In this document: piece by piece, positions 38,078 through 46,784 of the stretch
How the letters are laid out: each line of letters starts with the position of its first letter
Position numbering within the stretch: the first letter of the stretch is position 1
From: Erysipelotrichaceae bacterium
GTDB taxonomy: Bacteria; Bacillota_I; Bacilli_A; RFN20; CAG-826
Length of the DNA stretch: 64,000 nucleotides
NCBI GenBank assembly: GCA_015058945.1
Contig: SVBF01000007.1
Location: 66,230 to 130,229 of the forward strand
Direction of reading: 5' to 3'
Notes under the pieces: generated by a model
The model's database searches: none
What the model saw: the letters and a program-made list of their open reading frames with translations, nothing else
Told to the model about the DNA's origin: nothing
Program-made: the position numbers and the translations under genes

Positions 38078-38299
38078 TCAGGAGTCGATTTTGCGCTGCC
38101 CCAACGGCGTATCCTTGGGTTGGTCTTTGTCGTCGTCGCCGCCGCATCCGCCGCCGGAGACCGCGTCGAGCTGCTCGTCGCTAAGTTCTACGCCCTCGTC
38201 CTTGGCAAGCTGGAGGAGGTCGAAGGTGTTGTCGCATTCGGCGACCTTCTCGATCTGGTCCGCGGTGAGGCCTTTGAGCAATTCCTGTTTGACGTTCAT
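38078..38299 (-). CDS. Nif11-type leader peptide precursor with double-glycine cleavage site and 23-aa acidic single-Cys core
   Basis: MNVKQELLKGLTADQIEKVAECDNTFDLLQLAKDEGVELSDEQLDAVSGG | GCGGDDDKDQPKDTPLGQRKIDS. A GGAGGAA RBS lies 7 nt upstream. The track ORF extends upstream of the real start. Confidence 0.75.
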   Translation of the reverse strand: MNVKQELLKGLTADQIEKVAECDNTFDLLQLAKDEGVELSDEQLDAVSGGGCGGDDDKDQPKDTPLGQRKIDS

Positions 38300-38447
38300 G
38301 GTGTTTCCTCCTTCGTCTTGCCCATATCTTAGAAGGGCGTTTGTCACAGACTTGCCACACATTGGAAAAACTTTGGAAGTCCCGCCCAACATCGATACAT
38401 ATCCCGGGCGTATTATTGGACTTTACATTTGTATAGCCCTTATCCTT

Positions 38448-38489
38448 ATATTTTATATAAAAGAAGGCCGCGCGACGAGGCGCGGCCTT
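38448..38489 (-). terminator. Strong rho-independent terminator of preA
   Basis: AAGGCCGCGCCTCGTCGCGCGGCCTT with AT-rich tails on both sides. Confidence 0.65.
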
Positions 38490-38506
38490 TGGTTCAGCCT
38501 GATGAT

Positions 38507-39775
38507 TTAGGACACCTTGTCGAAGCTATCCTGCAGTTTCAACCGTTCCAGTTTGAGTGGTTTGCGGCCTGGTTTTAGGACACGCTCGCCGAGCTTAATC
38601 GCGGAGACGGGGCAAACGAGTCCGCAGAGCAAGCAGCCCACGCATTTGTCCTTGTCGCAATGGGGTTTGCGCTTTTCCTCGTCCCACTTCATCGCCTGGT
38701 GGGCGCCGTCATAGCAAGAGATGACGCAACGTCCGCAGCCGATGCAGCGGTCCGCGTCGATCTCGGGATAGGCCTTGTAGTCGCGGTTAAGCTCCTCGGC
38801 GGGGATGATGTTCTTGTTCGCGAGTCCGACGAGGTCCTCCAGCCGATCGACCCCTTGCTCCTCCATGTAGAAGGATAGGCCTTCGCAAAGATCCTCGACG
38901 ATGCGGTAGCCGTATTGCATGATCGCCGTGGTGACCTGCAACGTCTTCGCGCCGAGCAAGATGAATTCGGCCGCGTCCTCCCAGGTCTCGATGCCCCCGA
39001 TGCCGGAGATCTCGAGGTCTTTGAGCTTCGGATGGGAACGCATCTGCTGAATGAAGCGCAACGCGATCGGTTTGACCGCCTTGCCCGAGTAGCCGGAGAT
39101 GGACGATTTGCCGTCGATGATCGGCAAGCCTACCTTCGCGTCCAGATCGAGGTTGATGATGGACTTCACCGTGTTGATCGCGGAGATGCCGTCGGCCCCG
39201 CCTTCGATCGAGGCGATCGCGGGGTCGCACATGTCGGTGATGTTCGGGGTCATCTTCGCCATGAAGGGCAAGTGGGTGGAACGGCGCACCGCCGCGCAAT
39301 ACTTACGGCATAGCTCCGGATTGGAACCGACGTCGCTGCCCATCGCGTGGGACGTCATCTGGGGGCAGGAGAAATTGAGTTCGATCATGTCCGCGCCGGC
39401 CTCGGTGACGAGTTTGGCGAGCTCTTCCCAATCCTGCTCGTTGCTGCCCATGATGGAGGCGATCAAGACGCGGTCGGGATAGTTCTTCTTGAGGCGGCGC
39501 AAATCGGCGAGGTTTTCCTCGAGGGAATGTTCGGCGATCTGCTCCATGTTCTTGAAGCCGACGAAGGGAGAGCCTTCCTTGGCCAAGGCATCGAAGCGCG
39601 GCGAGACCTCATCGATGAGGTAATGCTTGGGGCCGATGGTCTTGAAGACCACGCCACCCCAGCCGGTGTCGTAGGCTTTCGCGCACATGTCGTAGCAATT
39701 GCCTACCGGCGAAGAGGAGAGACAGAAGGGATTGGGGAAACGCACCCCCATGAACGTGATGGATAAGTCTTTCAT
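38507..39775 (-). CDS. preA: NAD-dependent dihydropyrimidine dehydrogenase subunit PreA (DHOD-like TIM barrel + 2x[4Fe-4S])
   Basis: Flavin TIM-barrel N-terminus and a C-terminal [11 protein letters not shown]...[12 protein letters not shown] ferredoxin domain. Confidence 0.8.
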   Translation of the reverse strand: MKDLSITFMGVRFPNPFCLSSSPVGNCYDMCAKAYDTGWGGVVFKTIGPKHYLIDEVSPRFDALAKEGSPFVGFKNMEQIAEHSLEENLADLRRLKKNYPDRVLIASIMGSNEQDWEELAKLVTEAGADMIELNFSCPQMTSHAMGSDVGSNPELCRKYCAAVRRSTHLPFMAKMTPNITDMCDPAIASIEGGADGISAINTVKSIINLDLDAKVGLPIIDGKSSISGYSGKAVKPIALRFIQQMRSHPKLKDLEISGIGGIETWEDAAEFILLGAKTLQVTTAIMQYGYRIVEDLCEGLSFYMEEQGVDRLEDLVGLANKNIIPAEELNRDYKAYPEIDADRCIGCGRCVISCYDGAHQAMKWDEEKRKPHCDKDKCVGCLLCGLVCPVSAIKLGERVLKPGRKPLKLERLKLQDSFDKVS

Positions 39776-40956
39776 CGTGCTTCACCTCCGAGATAGGCAT
39801 CGACCCGCCTTGCGGCTTCTTTGCCCGTTTTGACCGCGTAGACCACCGTCTTGTCGCCCTCGACGATGTCGCCGGCGTAGAAGACGTTATCGTGGTCTTT
39901 GGGTTCGCCTAGGCCGCCTTCGGCCCGGGTTTGGCCAACGGCCAAGACAATCAGGTCGGCCTTGAGTTTCAACTCGATTTCGTTTTTGCGGTGCCTAAAG
40001 GAAACGATGCCACCCCTACCCGTGGACACGGGGACGAAGCCGTCATAGATGGACACATTGTGCTTTCTGGCTAACTCGAGTTCCGCCCTCGACGCCTTAA
40101 ACTCGTCGAAGGTCTCGTAGACGACGTCGCTCACTTGGGCGACGCCGAGTTTCTTGCAGGTCGTCGCCACGTCCATCGCCACGTCGCCGCCGCCGACGAT
40201 GACGACGTGATCATAGGGTTTGACGCGGCCTTTCTTGGCCTTTTTGAGGAAATCCACCGCGGTGATCGCGCGCTTATTGCCTTCGAACAAAGGCAAAGTC
40301 TTGCCTAGGCCAAAGCCATCGGCGACCACCACCGCGTCATAATGTTTCCTTAGTTCCTCCACGTCGTTAACGGGGCTAAAGAGGGAGATCTTCACCCCGA
40401 GGGATTCGATGCGGGAGATCTCGTGGTCCAAGACGCGTTCGGGGAGGCGGTATTCGGGGATGCCGAAACGGAGGCATCCGCCCGCCTTCCATTCCTTCTC
40501 GAAGACGAGGACCTCGTAGCCGAGTTTGGCTAGGCTCGCCGCCGCGGTTAAGCCGGCGGGGCCAGAGCCCACCACCGCGACCTTCTTGCCTTTATAAAGC
40601 GATGGTTTTTCCACCTTCATCTTGAAGGCTTCCTCCATGTCCGTCGCGTAACGTTGCAGCCGCGCGATGTCGATGGGCTTATCGATGCCCGAACGCGAGC
40701 AGCCCTTCTGGCAATAATGCTCGGTGGGACAGACCCTGGCGCAGATCGCGCCGAGGGGGTTGTTGTCGTGGATGGTCTTCGCCGCCCCTTTGACGTTTTT
40801 GAAACGGATGGAGCGGATGAATTTGGCCGGGTCGGTTCCGGCGGGGCACATCTTGGAGCAAGGGGCGTCGAGGCAAAGCAGGCACCTGGACGCCTCTTCC
40901 ATCGCCAAAACGGGCGTGAAAGACGGGGTTTCTTCGGGGAATTGTGTTTTAGCCAT
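39772..40956 (-). CDS. preT: Dihydropyrimidine dehydrogenase subunit PreT (GltD-like)
   Basis: N-terminal Cys cluster, [24 protein letters not shown] and a second GGGDVAMD Rossmann fold. Confidence 0.8.
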   Translation of the reverse strand: MAKTQFPEETPSFTPVLAMEEASRCLLCLDAPCSKMCPAGTDPAKFIRSIRFKNVKGAAKTIHDNNPLGAICARVCPTEHYCQKGCSRSGIDKPIDIARLQRYATDMEEAFKMKVEKPSLYKGKKVAVVGSGPAGLTAAASLAKLGYEVLVFEKEWKAGGCLRFGIPEYRLPERVLDHEISRIESLGVKISLFSPVNDVEELRKHYDAVVVADGFGLGKTLPLFEGNKRAITAVDFLKKAKKGRVKPYDHVVIVGGGDVAMDVATTCKKLGVAQVSDVVYETFDEFKASRAELELARKHNVSIYDGFVPVSTGRGGIVSFRHRKNEIELKLKADLIVLAVGQTRAEGGLGEPKDHDNVFYAGDIVEGDKTVVYAVKTGKEAARRVDAYLGGEAR

Positions 40957-40980
40957 AAAAAGGGCCTTCCTTATTTGGGT

Positions 40981-41016
40981 TTATTGTAACAGGAAAAGCC
41001 TCCCTTTTGGGGAGAG
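40981..41016 (-). terminator. Terminator-like hairpin after the PP2C gene
   Basis: CTCCCCAAAAGGGAG hairpin + CTTTTCCTGTT in the minus sense. Confidence 0.4.
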
Positions 41017-41042
41017 AAGAAAAAGGCGATGCCCTCGCCCGT

Positions 41043-42482
41043 TCATTCCTTGCCTTGATATTTGAGGCTTAGCAGGGTGATATCGTCGCTTTGGGGCGCC
41101 TCGAGGACGAAGGAGGCGATGTCCGCCTTCACCGTGGCGTGGAGGTGTTCCATGGAGTCGAACTGTTTGCCGGTGAGGCAGGAGAGGAAGCGCTTCTCGC
41201 CATAGAAGTCCCCCGACGCGTTACGCGCCTCAGTAACGCCGTCGGTATAGAGGGTGAGGCTCTCGCCCGGCTTAAGGACGATCTCCTCATCGGTCACGAT
41301 CGCGTTATCGAAGCAGCCAAGGAGCAAACCCGAGGAGCATTTGAGGTAATCGTATTTGCCCCCTTGCCCAAGGATCGGGGGATTATGGCCCGCATTAGCG
41401 AACTTCAAGGTCCCGTCGCGCTTATCGAGGATCGCGAGGAAAGCCGTCACGAACATCGCGGCCTTATTGCCTTTGACGATGGAGGAATTGATGTCCTTAA
41501 GGATCTGCGAAGGGGTCTTGCCCGCGGTCGCGAAATCGCGGAAGGAGGTGATGGTCTTCATCATGAACATCGCGGCCGGGATCCCCTTGCCGGAGACGTC
41601 GCCGATGAGGACCGCGACGTGGTCTTTGTCGATATCGACGTAGTCGTAGAGGTCGCCGCCGACTTCCTTCGCGGCGTTAAGCTCGCCGATGATCTCCACC
41701 CCATCGGAGAGGACCGCCTTGGTGGGCAAGGTGTTGATCTGGATGTCCCTGGCGACGTTAAGCTCGGTCTTGGCCTTCTCTTGCTCGTCGTGAACCTTGA
41801 TCTCGTCGTCGAGGAGGCGATAGGTGCGCTGATTGAGGATGTTGGACACCATGAAGAACAGCGTCACGATGGCCGCGCGGGGGAAGAAATAGAAAATCAG
41901 CACTTTGACGTAACGGTTATCCCCGTGGGCGATGCGGTCCTGAAGCAACGCCACGCGCTCCTCCAAGGTCTCGACCGTGCCGATCGTGCCATCGGATAAG
42001 ATCACTCCGCCGCCAAAGAGGTTCTCGTCGAACTCGCCGAAGAACATGCCGAGGTAGATGCAGCAAAGCATCGAGAGGATGCTCACCGCGTAGACGACCC
42101 TGCCGATCGTGGGGTTGTAATAATGGTTCGCGATCAAAATGACGAACGGCCAGAAGAGCAGGCTATGCTTCGGCAAGAAGACGTTGAGGGCGAAGATGAC
42201 CGCCATCAAGGAAAAGAGGATGAAATATTTGTACCCCGGCCTGCGGATCATGTCGGTCTTTAAGAAGAAAAGCGGCAGGAACATCAACACGGCCACGATC
42301 GGGAAGAGGATGTTCACCATCACGAAGAACTGCTCGGGGATGACGAAGACGCGGACGACGTAAAGGAGCCAAATGACCAGGGACAAAATGCCGGCCGCGC
42401 CATTGACGTAGCTCATGTACTTGTTCGCGTCGGCCTCGTGGTTGTAATAGGCCTGCTGGTATTCCTGTTTCCTTTTCGGCAT
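41043..42482 (-). CDS. Membrane-bound PP2C (SpoIIE-like) phosphatase, paralog of 30373..32262 without the kinase domain
   Basis: GDVSGKGIPAAMFMMKTITSFRDFATAGKTPSQIL... is nearly identical in its motifs to the fused paralog. Confidence 0.75.
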   Translation of the reverse strand: MPKRKQEYQQAYYNHEADANKYMSYVNGAAGILSLVIWLLYVVRVFVIPEQFFVMVNILFPIVAVLMFLPLFFLKTDMIRRPGYKYFILFSLMAVIFALNVFLPKHSLLFWPFVILIANHYYNPTIGRVVYAVSILSMLCCIYLGMFFGEFDENLFGGGVILSDGTIGTVETLEERVALLQDRIAHGDNRYVKVLIFYFFPRAAIVTLFFMVSNILNQRTYRLLDDEIKVHDEQEKAKTELNVARDIQINTLPTKAVLSDGVEIIGELNAAKEVGGDLYDYVDIDKDHVAVLIGDVSGKGIPAAMFMMKTITSFRDFATAGKTPSQILKDINSSIVKGNKAAMFVTAFLAILDKRDGTLKFANAGHNPPILGQGGKYDYLKCSSGLLLGCFDNAIVTDEEIVLKPGESLTLYTDGVTEARNASGDFYGEKRFLSCLTGKQFDSMEHLHATVKADIASFVLEAPQSDDITLLSLKYQGKE

Positions 42483-42564
42483 GGTTTATCGTTTTTGGGT
42501 TCTTTTCAGTTTAGCAAAACGAGGCCATTTAAAACAGCGTTTTACCGATACTTATGCGGCGATG

Positions 42565-43665
42565 TCAGTCGATTTGAGGCTCAGGTTCCGGCTCTTCCTC
42601 GACGGAGTCGTTCTTGAAGTTGGCCGCGTATTCCTCATCGTATACGTCGATGGGCTGACCGTTCTCGTCGTACTCCTGGACGAGGTCCTGGGCGACGCTA
42701 TTCTGGAACTGTTCGTTGCCTACGGGCGGATGCTGCTCGTCATAGTCCTCGATCCCGGCCTCGCGCTCGGCGCGGCGTTCCCTGTTGCCGTTCATGATGG
42801 TCTCGTAGACCTGTTCGCCCTTACGCTGCTGCTGGCTGGTTAACAGGAGGTTATAGCTGAAGGCGGCGCGTTCTTTCCTCGTGCCGCTGAGGCGGTTGAT
42901 GTCTTCTTGGCTCGGCAGGCCATCCTCCGGATCCCAACTAGGGAAGACGTGGCGGAGGTATTCGGTCGCGGCCTTGTCCAAGGCGTCCAAGTCGCCATGG
43001 AGGACGTGGTTTGGTTTATTGAAGGCCTCATAGACCTGCCTGAGGTTCGCGTAGGCCGTGGAATACTTGCCAAACATCCCGGCGACGAGGCCCGGCTTGG
43101 TGTTCTCGAAGGCTTTGTCGAGCTGCGCCTTACCGCGGTAATTCGCTTTGAGGCGGGCCATGAAGTCGCGCCCGGTGGCGTCGACTTCATAGGCGTCGAT
43201 ACGTTGGGACATGGATCCGTCGAAATCGCCGGAGAGGACGGCGGACATGACCTGAAGGTCATTGAGACGTTTCTGCCCTTCCGGGGAATTGTCGTTTCCT
43301 CCCGCCTCGATCTGGATGAGGCGCGTGGTTTCGCCTTGGAGGTATTGCACCGGCTCGAGCATGAACTGACGGTATGGCGCGTCTTCTTCGTCACTGAGGT
43401 TCGGGTCGACGGATTCGTTAGGAATGACGATGCTCTTCTTTCGCCTTAAGGTGAGGGATGCGTCGGCGATTTTCATCTTCGCGATGTGGACGGCCTGCTC
43501 GAAGGGGACGTCACGGTTTTGCCCCGCCCCATAGGCGAGCAAGTAACGGGTGGTGAAGGCCATCTTGTCCTCGAGGTTCTCCAAGGAATCCATGCTGCTC
43601 ATGTAATCCGCCATGGAGATGTACTTCACTTTTCTGAGTATTTGTTCGCTTAGGATCTTCGGCAT
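42565..43665 (-). CDS. Hypothetical cytoplasmic protein, family A (acidic C-terminus)
   Basis: 366 aa, N-terminus MPKILSEQILRKVKYISMAD. It is paralogous to the next gene. Confidence 0.6.
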   Translation of the reverse strand: MPKILSEQILRKVKYISMADYMSSMDSLENLEDKMAFTTRYLLAYGAGQNRDVPFEQAVHIAKMKIADASLTLRRKKSIVIPNESVDPNLSDEEDAPYRQFMLEPVQYLQGETTRLIQIEAGGNDNSPEGQKRLNDLQVMSAVLSGDFDGSMSQRIDAYEVDATGRDFMARLKANYRGKAQLDKAFENTKPGLVAGMFGKYSTAYANLRQVYEAFNKPNHVLHGDLDALDKAATEYLRHVFPSWDPEDGLPSQEDINRLSGTRKERAAFSYNLLLTSQQQRKGEQVYETIMNGNRERRAEREAGIEDYDEQHPPVGNEQFQNSVAQDLVQEYDENGQPIDVYDEEYAANFKNDSVEEEPEPEPQID

Positions 43666-43801
43666 CGGTCTTTCCTCCTGCTTGCGGTTATTCTAGCATT
43701 GGCGCCGTCACAAAGGTGTCACACGGCGAAAATGGCGCGTTTTCCTTAGAAAAACAAAGGAAAACCCTCGCTTGGGGCAAGGGTGTTTCCATGTGTTTGG
43801 C

Positions 43802-44890
43802 TTAGGCCTCGACGGAAGGCTCCTCGTCGTCGTTAACGAGCCCTTTCTCCATCTCGGATTCCTCCTCCACCGAGTCATCGATGAGGCTATCGTCATCATC
43901 GCTTAAATCGAGGACCAGGTTTTGCCTATGCTCGTTCTCTTCGGCGGGCTCGGGCCCTTTGATGGCCTCGACCGATTCGGCGGTCATCTCCTTGCGGGCG
44001 GCCTGGCCGACGATGGGCTTGAAGACCTCGTTATTCGCCTTTTGCTCGCGGATCGAGGCGAGGAGGTGTTCAGCGAAGCCTTCCTTTGGCTCACGGACGC
44101 GGAGGCCGACCGCGTTCTCCGCGGCGGAGCGGGTCGAAGCCTTGTAGTCGAGGTATTGGCTGGTCGCTTGCTCCAAGGCGTCCAAGTTGCCGTAAAGCGC
44201 GTGCTTGGGGTTATTGAAGGCGGCGTAGACCTCGTCGAAGTTCTTGCCGGCGTTGGAACGGGTGCCGAAGGTCCTGGTGAACCAGCTCGGACGGGTCACA
44301 TTCTCCATCTTTTTGAATCTCTCGCGGCCAAGGTATTTGGCCTCCATGCGGGCTTTGATGTCGAGGGGAGCCGTGCCCTTTTCCTCCATGGTGAGGATGC
44401 CGATGGACTTCTGGGTGTTGAGTTCCCGGCTTAAGCGGATGCAGTTCTCCTTGAAGCTGATTTCCTCATTAAGCTCCAAGTCCTGGTCCGAGATCTCCTT
44501 CACGCATTTCTCCGCCTTGCTCTTGAGGTATTCGGCGGGATGGCCGAGGAAGAACTGGTTCTCGATATCGTCCTTCTCGTCTTCGGCATAAGGGTTGACC
44601 GCCTGCTCGTTAAAGTCGATATAGAGGTCAGCGGGATCGGGTCCTTCCTCGTCGTTATAGATCTTGTCGCGAAGCTTTTTGGATTCGTCGACGAGTTTGA
44701 GCCTGGCGAGGTGGACGGCCTCCTCGAAGCTATAGTCGGTGGCTCTGCCATCGGCCCCATGGGAGAGGAGGCAATTGGTCGCGAACTCCACCTTGTCGTC
44801 GAAGTTCGGGATCATGTCGAGCTGACGGTAAAGGTCCGCCATCGAGGTATATTTGGCTTTTTGGATTTTCTCTCTCGTGATTTTCGGCAT
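43802..44890 (-). CDS. Hypothetical cytoplasmic protein, family A paralog
   Basis: 362 aa, MPKITREKIQKAKYTSMAD; shares VYAAFNNPKHALYGNLDALEQATSQYL with the neighbour. Confidence 0.6.
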   Translation of the reverse strand: MPKITREKIQKAKYTSMADLYRQLDMIPNFDDKVEFATNCLLSHGADGRATDYSFEEAVHLARLKLVDESKKLRDKIYNDEEGPDPADLYIDFNEQAVNPYAEDEKDDIENQFFLGHPAEYLKSKAEKCVKEISDQDLELNEEISFKENCIRLSRELNTQKSIGILTMEEKGTAPLDIKARMEAKYLGRERFKKMENVTRPSWFTRTFGTRSNAGKNFDEVYAAFNNPKHALYGNLDALEQATSQYLDYKASTRSAAENAVGLRVREPKEGFAEHLLASIREQKANNEVFKPIVGQAARKEMTAESVEAIKGPEPAEENEHRQNLVLDLSDDDDSLIDDSVEEESEMEKGLVNDDEEPSVEA

Positions 44891-44960
44891 GGTTTTATCC
44901 TCCTTTTCCCTGAGGGACGCCCATATTATTCACCCCCGACTGTCACAACCGTGCCACAAA

Positions 44961-44999
44961 TGAGAAAAATTAACGAAAAACCCGCGCAAATCACGCGGG
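44961..44999 (-). terminator. Rho-independent terminator of the nucleosidase gene
   Basis: CCCGCGTGATTTGCGCGGG + TTTTTCGTTAATTTTTC in the minus sense. Confidence 0.6.
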
Positions 45000-45019
45000 T
45001 AAACGTCTCTAGGTTGGAA

Positions 45020-45808
45020 TCAAAGCGATTCGAGCATTTTTAGCACGATCGCGTTGGATTGCTCTGCGGCCTCGTCCATGAAGTCCACATAGGATTCGTG
45101 CGCCATGCCATCGGCCTTATCGCTTAAGGTCCTCATGATGACGAAGGGTTTCTCGTAGGTTTGGCATACCTTCGCGACCGCCGCGCCTTCCATCTCGCAC
45201 GCATAGGCGTCGAATTCTTTGTTCAAATAAGCCACGTAGTCGGATGAGGCGATGAACTGGTCGCCCGAAGCGATCACACCCTTGAACACCTTTTGATCCT
45301 TGAGAACCTTCAAGGAGGATTCATAGGCCAAGTCCACGAGCGCGGAGTCGCATTCGTAATATTCGCCCGGCTCAAAGCGGCCGGGGTCTCCCCCATACCA
45401 GACGAAGCCGTCGTTGCCCTGATAGCCATAATCGTGTTCCACCACTTTCGTGCCCACGACCTGGTCGAGGACGCTCTCCTCGTCCTTGGTGCCGCCGGCG
45501 ACGCCGGTGAAGATGACTTGGGAGAGGTCGTAATGCTCCATGACGCTGGTGAAGCCGCTGGAAGCGTTGATCTTGCCGATGCCCGAACGGGAGATGACGA
45601 CGTCTTTGCCCTTTAAGGTACCGACATGGGCCTCGGCGTTGCCAAAGGTCTTCGTCTCGCGGATCGAGGCCTCCTTCAAAAGGAGCTCGATCTCGACGTC
45701 CATCGCCGAGAAGACGCCGATATATGACTTAGGGGCTTGGTTCCCGCATCCGGCGCAAGAAATCATCATGGTAAGTAACAAAGGGAAATGAGATAGACGG
45801 TTTTTCAT
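45020..45808 (-). CDS. MTA/SAH nucleosidase family lipoprotein (PNP_UDP_1 fold)
   Basis: Start MKNRLSHFPLLLTMMISCAGC (lipobox) is preceded by AAGGAGGGA. The GVAGG and EMEGAAVA motifs are present. Confidence 0.7.
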   Translation of the reverse strand: MKNRLSHFPLLLTMMISCAGCGNQAPKSYIGVFSAMDVEIELLLKEASIRETKTFGNAEAHVGTLKGKDVVISRSGIGKINASSGFTSVMEHYDLSQVIFTGVAGGTKDEESVLDQVVGTKVVEHDYGYQGNDGFVWYGGDPGRFEPGEYYECDSALVDLAYESSLKVLKDQKVFKGVIASGDQFIASSDYVAYLNKEFDAYACEMEGAAVAKVCQTYEKPFVIMRTLSDKADGMAHESYVDFMDEAAEQSNAIVLKMLESL

Positions 45809-45983
45809 GGTATCCCTCCTTTCGTGGACGGGTGAGAAAGCGCGCTTCATCGCCAACCCAAAATGATAAGGAATAACGCGGGCGATATCACCTTAGAATT
45901 TCCAAACGCCTCATTCCTCGCCCCGAAGAATCACCCCTTCTTGATGTTTTTTGCGGATTTTTGTTGATTTTTGATGATTTCTG

Positions 45984-45998
45984 TTGAAAGCGCTTTCT
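45984..45998 (+). promoter_or_regulatory. Candidate catabolite-responsive element (cre) upstream of the fructose operon
   Basis: TTGAAAGCGCTTTCT fits WTGNAANCGNWNNCW exactly, 40 nt upstream of fruR. Confidence 0.5.
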
Positions 45999-46037
45999 TT
46001 TTATGACAAAGTATGGTGAATTCCAGCCCCAATCTTC

Positions 46038-46784
46038 ATGTTAAAAGAAGCCAGGTTCTCCAAAATCATCGACGCCGTGAACACCCATAAATATGTGTCG
46101 GTGCATTCTTTGATGGCCCTCACTTCCTCCAGCGAATCCACCATCCGCGCCGATTTGATCGAACTCGACCACCAAGGCAAGCTCATCCGCCTTCGCGGCG
46201 GCGCCCAAGCCATCAACGACGAGACGCTTTCCTACGAGCTATCCGTCGAGCAGAAAATGGAGATCCAATCCGGGGCCAAAAAGGCCATCGCCATGAAAGC
46301 CCTGACCTTCATCCGCCCCAAAACCCTCATCTATCTCGACGCCGGTACTTCCACTTACGCTCTCGCGGAAGAACTGAACGTCCCCGGCGTCACCGTGGTG
46401 ACCAATTCCTTCCTCATCGCCCGCAAGGTGATGTCCCAAGGGCTCAAGGCCTATGTCGTCGGCGGGGAAATCAAGCTCTCCACCGATGCCTTGGTCGGTT
46501 CCTTTGCCCAGGAAAGCGTGTCGAGGTTCCGCTTCGATTTGGGTTTCTTCGGCGCCAACGGCATCGACTTGAAGGCGGGTTTCACCACCCCCGACCTCGT
46601 CGAGGCCGCGATGAAGAGGACGGCCTTCGACCACTGCGAGAAAGCCTATGTCCTCGCCGATTCCACCAAGTTCGACGTCGTCACCGCGGTGAGTTTCCAC
46701 CCCTTCGACCCGAACTCCCTCATCACCGACGCCATCGCCAAAGACGCCTATAAGAATCTCAACATATTGGAGGCCAAACCATGA
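46038..46784 (+). CDS. fruR: DeoR-family transcriptional repressor of the fructose operon
   Basis: N-terminal HTH (KYVSVHSLMALTSSSESTIRADLIELD) and a DeoR C-terminal sensor domain. Confidence 0.8.
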   Translation: MLKEARFSKIIDAVNTHKYVSVHSLMALTSSSESTIRADLIELDHQGKLIRLRGGAQAINDETLSYELSVEQKMEIQSGAKKAIAMKALTFIRPKTLIYLDAGTSTYALAEELNVPGVTVVTNSFLIARKVMSQGLKAYVVGGEIKLSTDALVGSFAQESVSRFRFDLGFFGANGIDLKAGFTTPDLVEAAMKRTAFDHCEKAYVLADSTKFDVVTAVSFHPFDPNSLITDAIAKDAYKNLNILEAKP

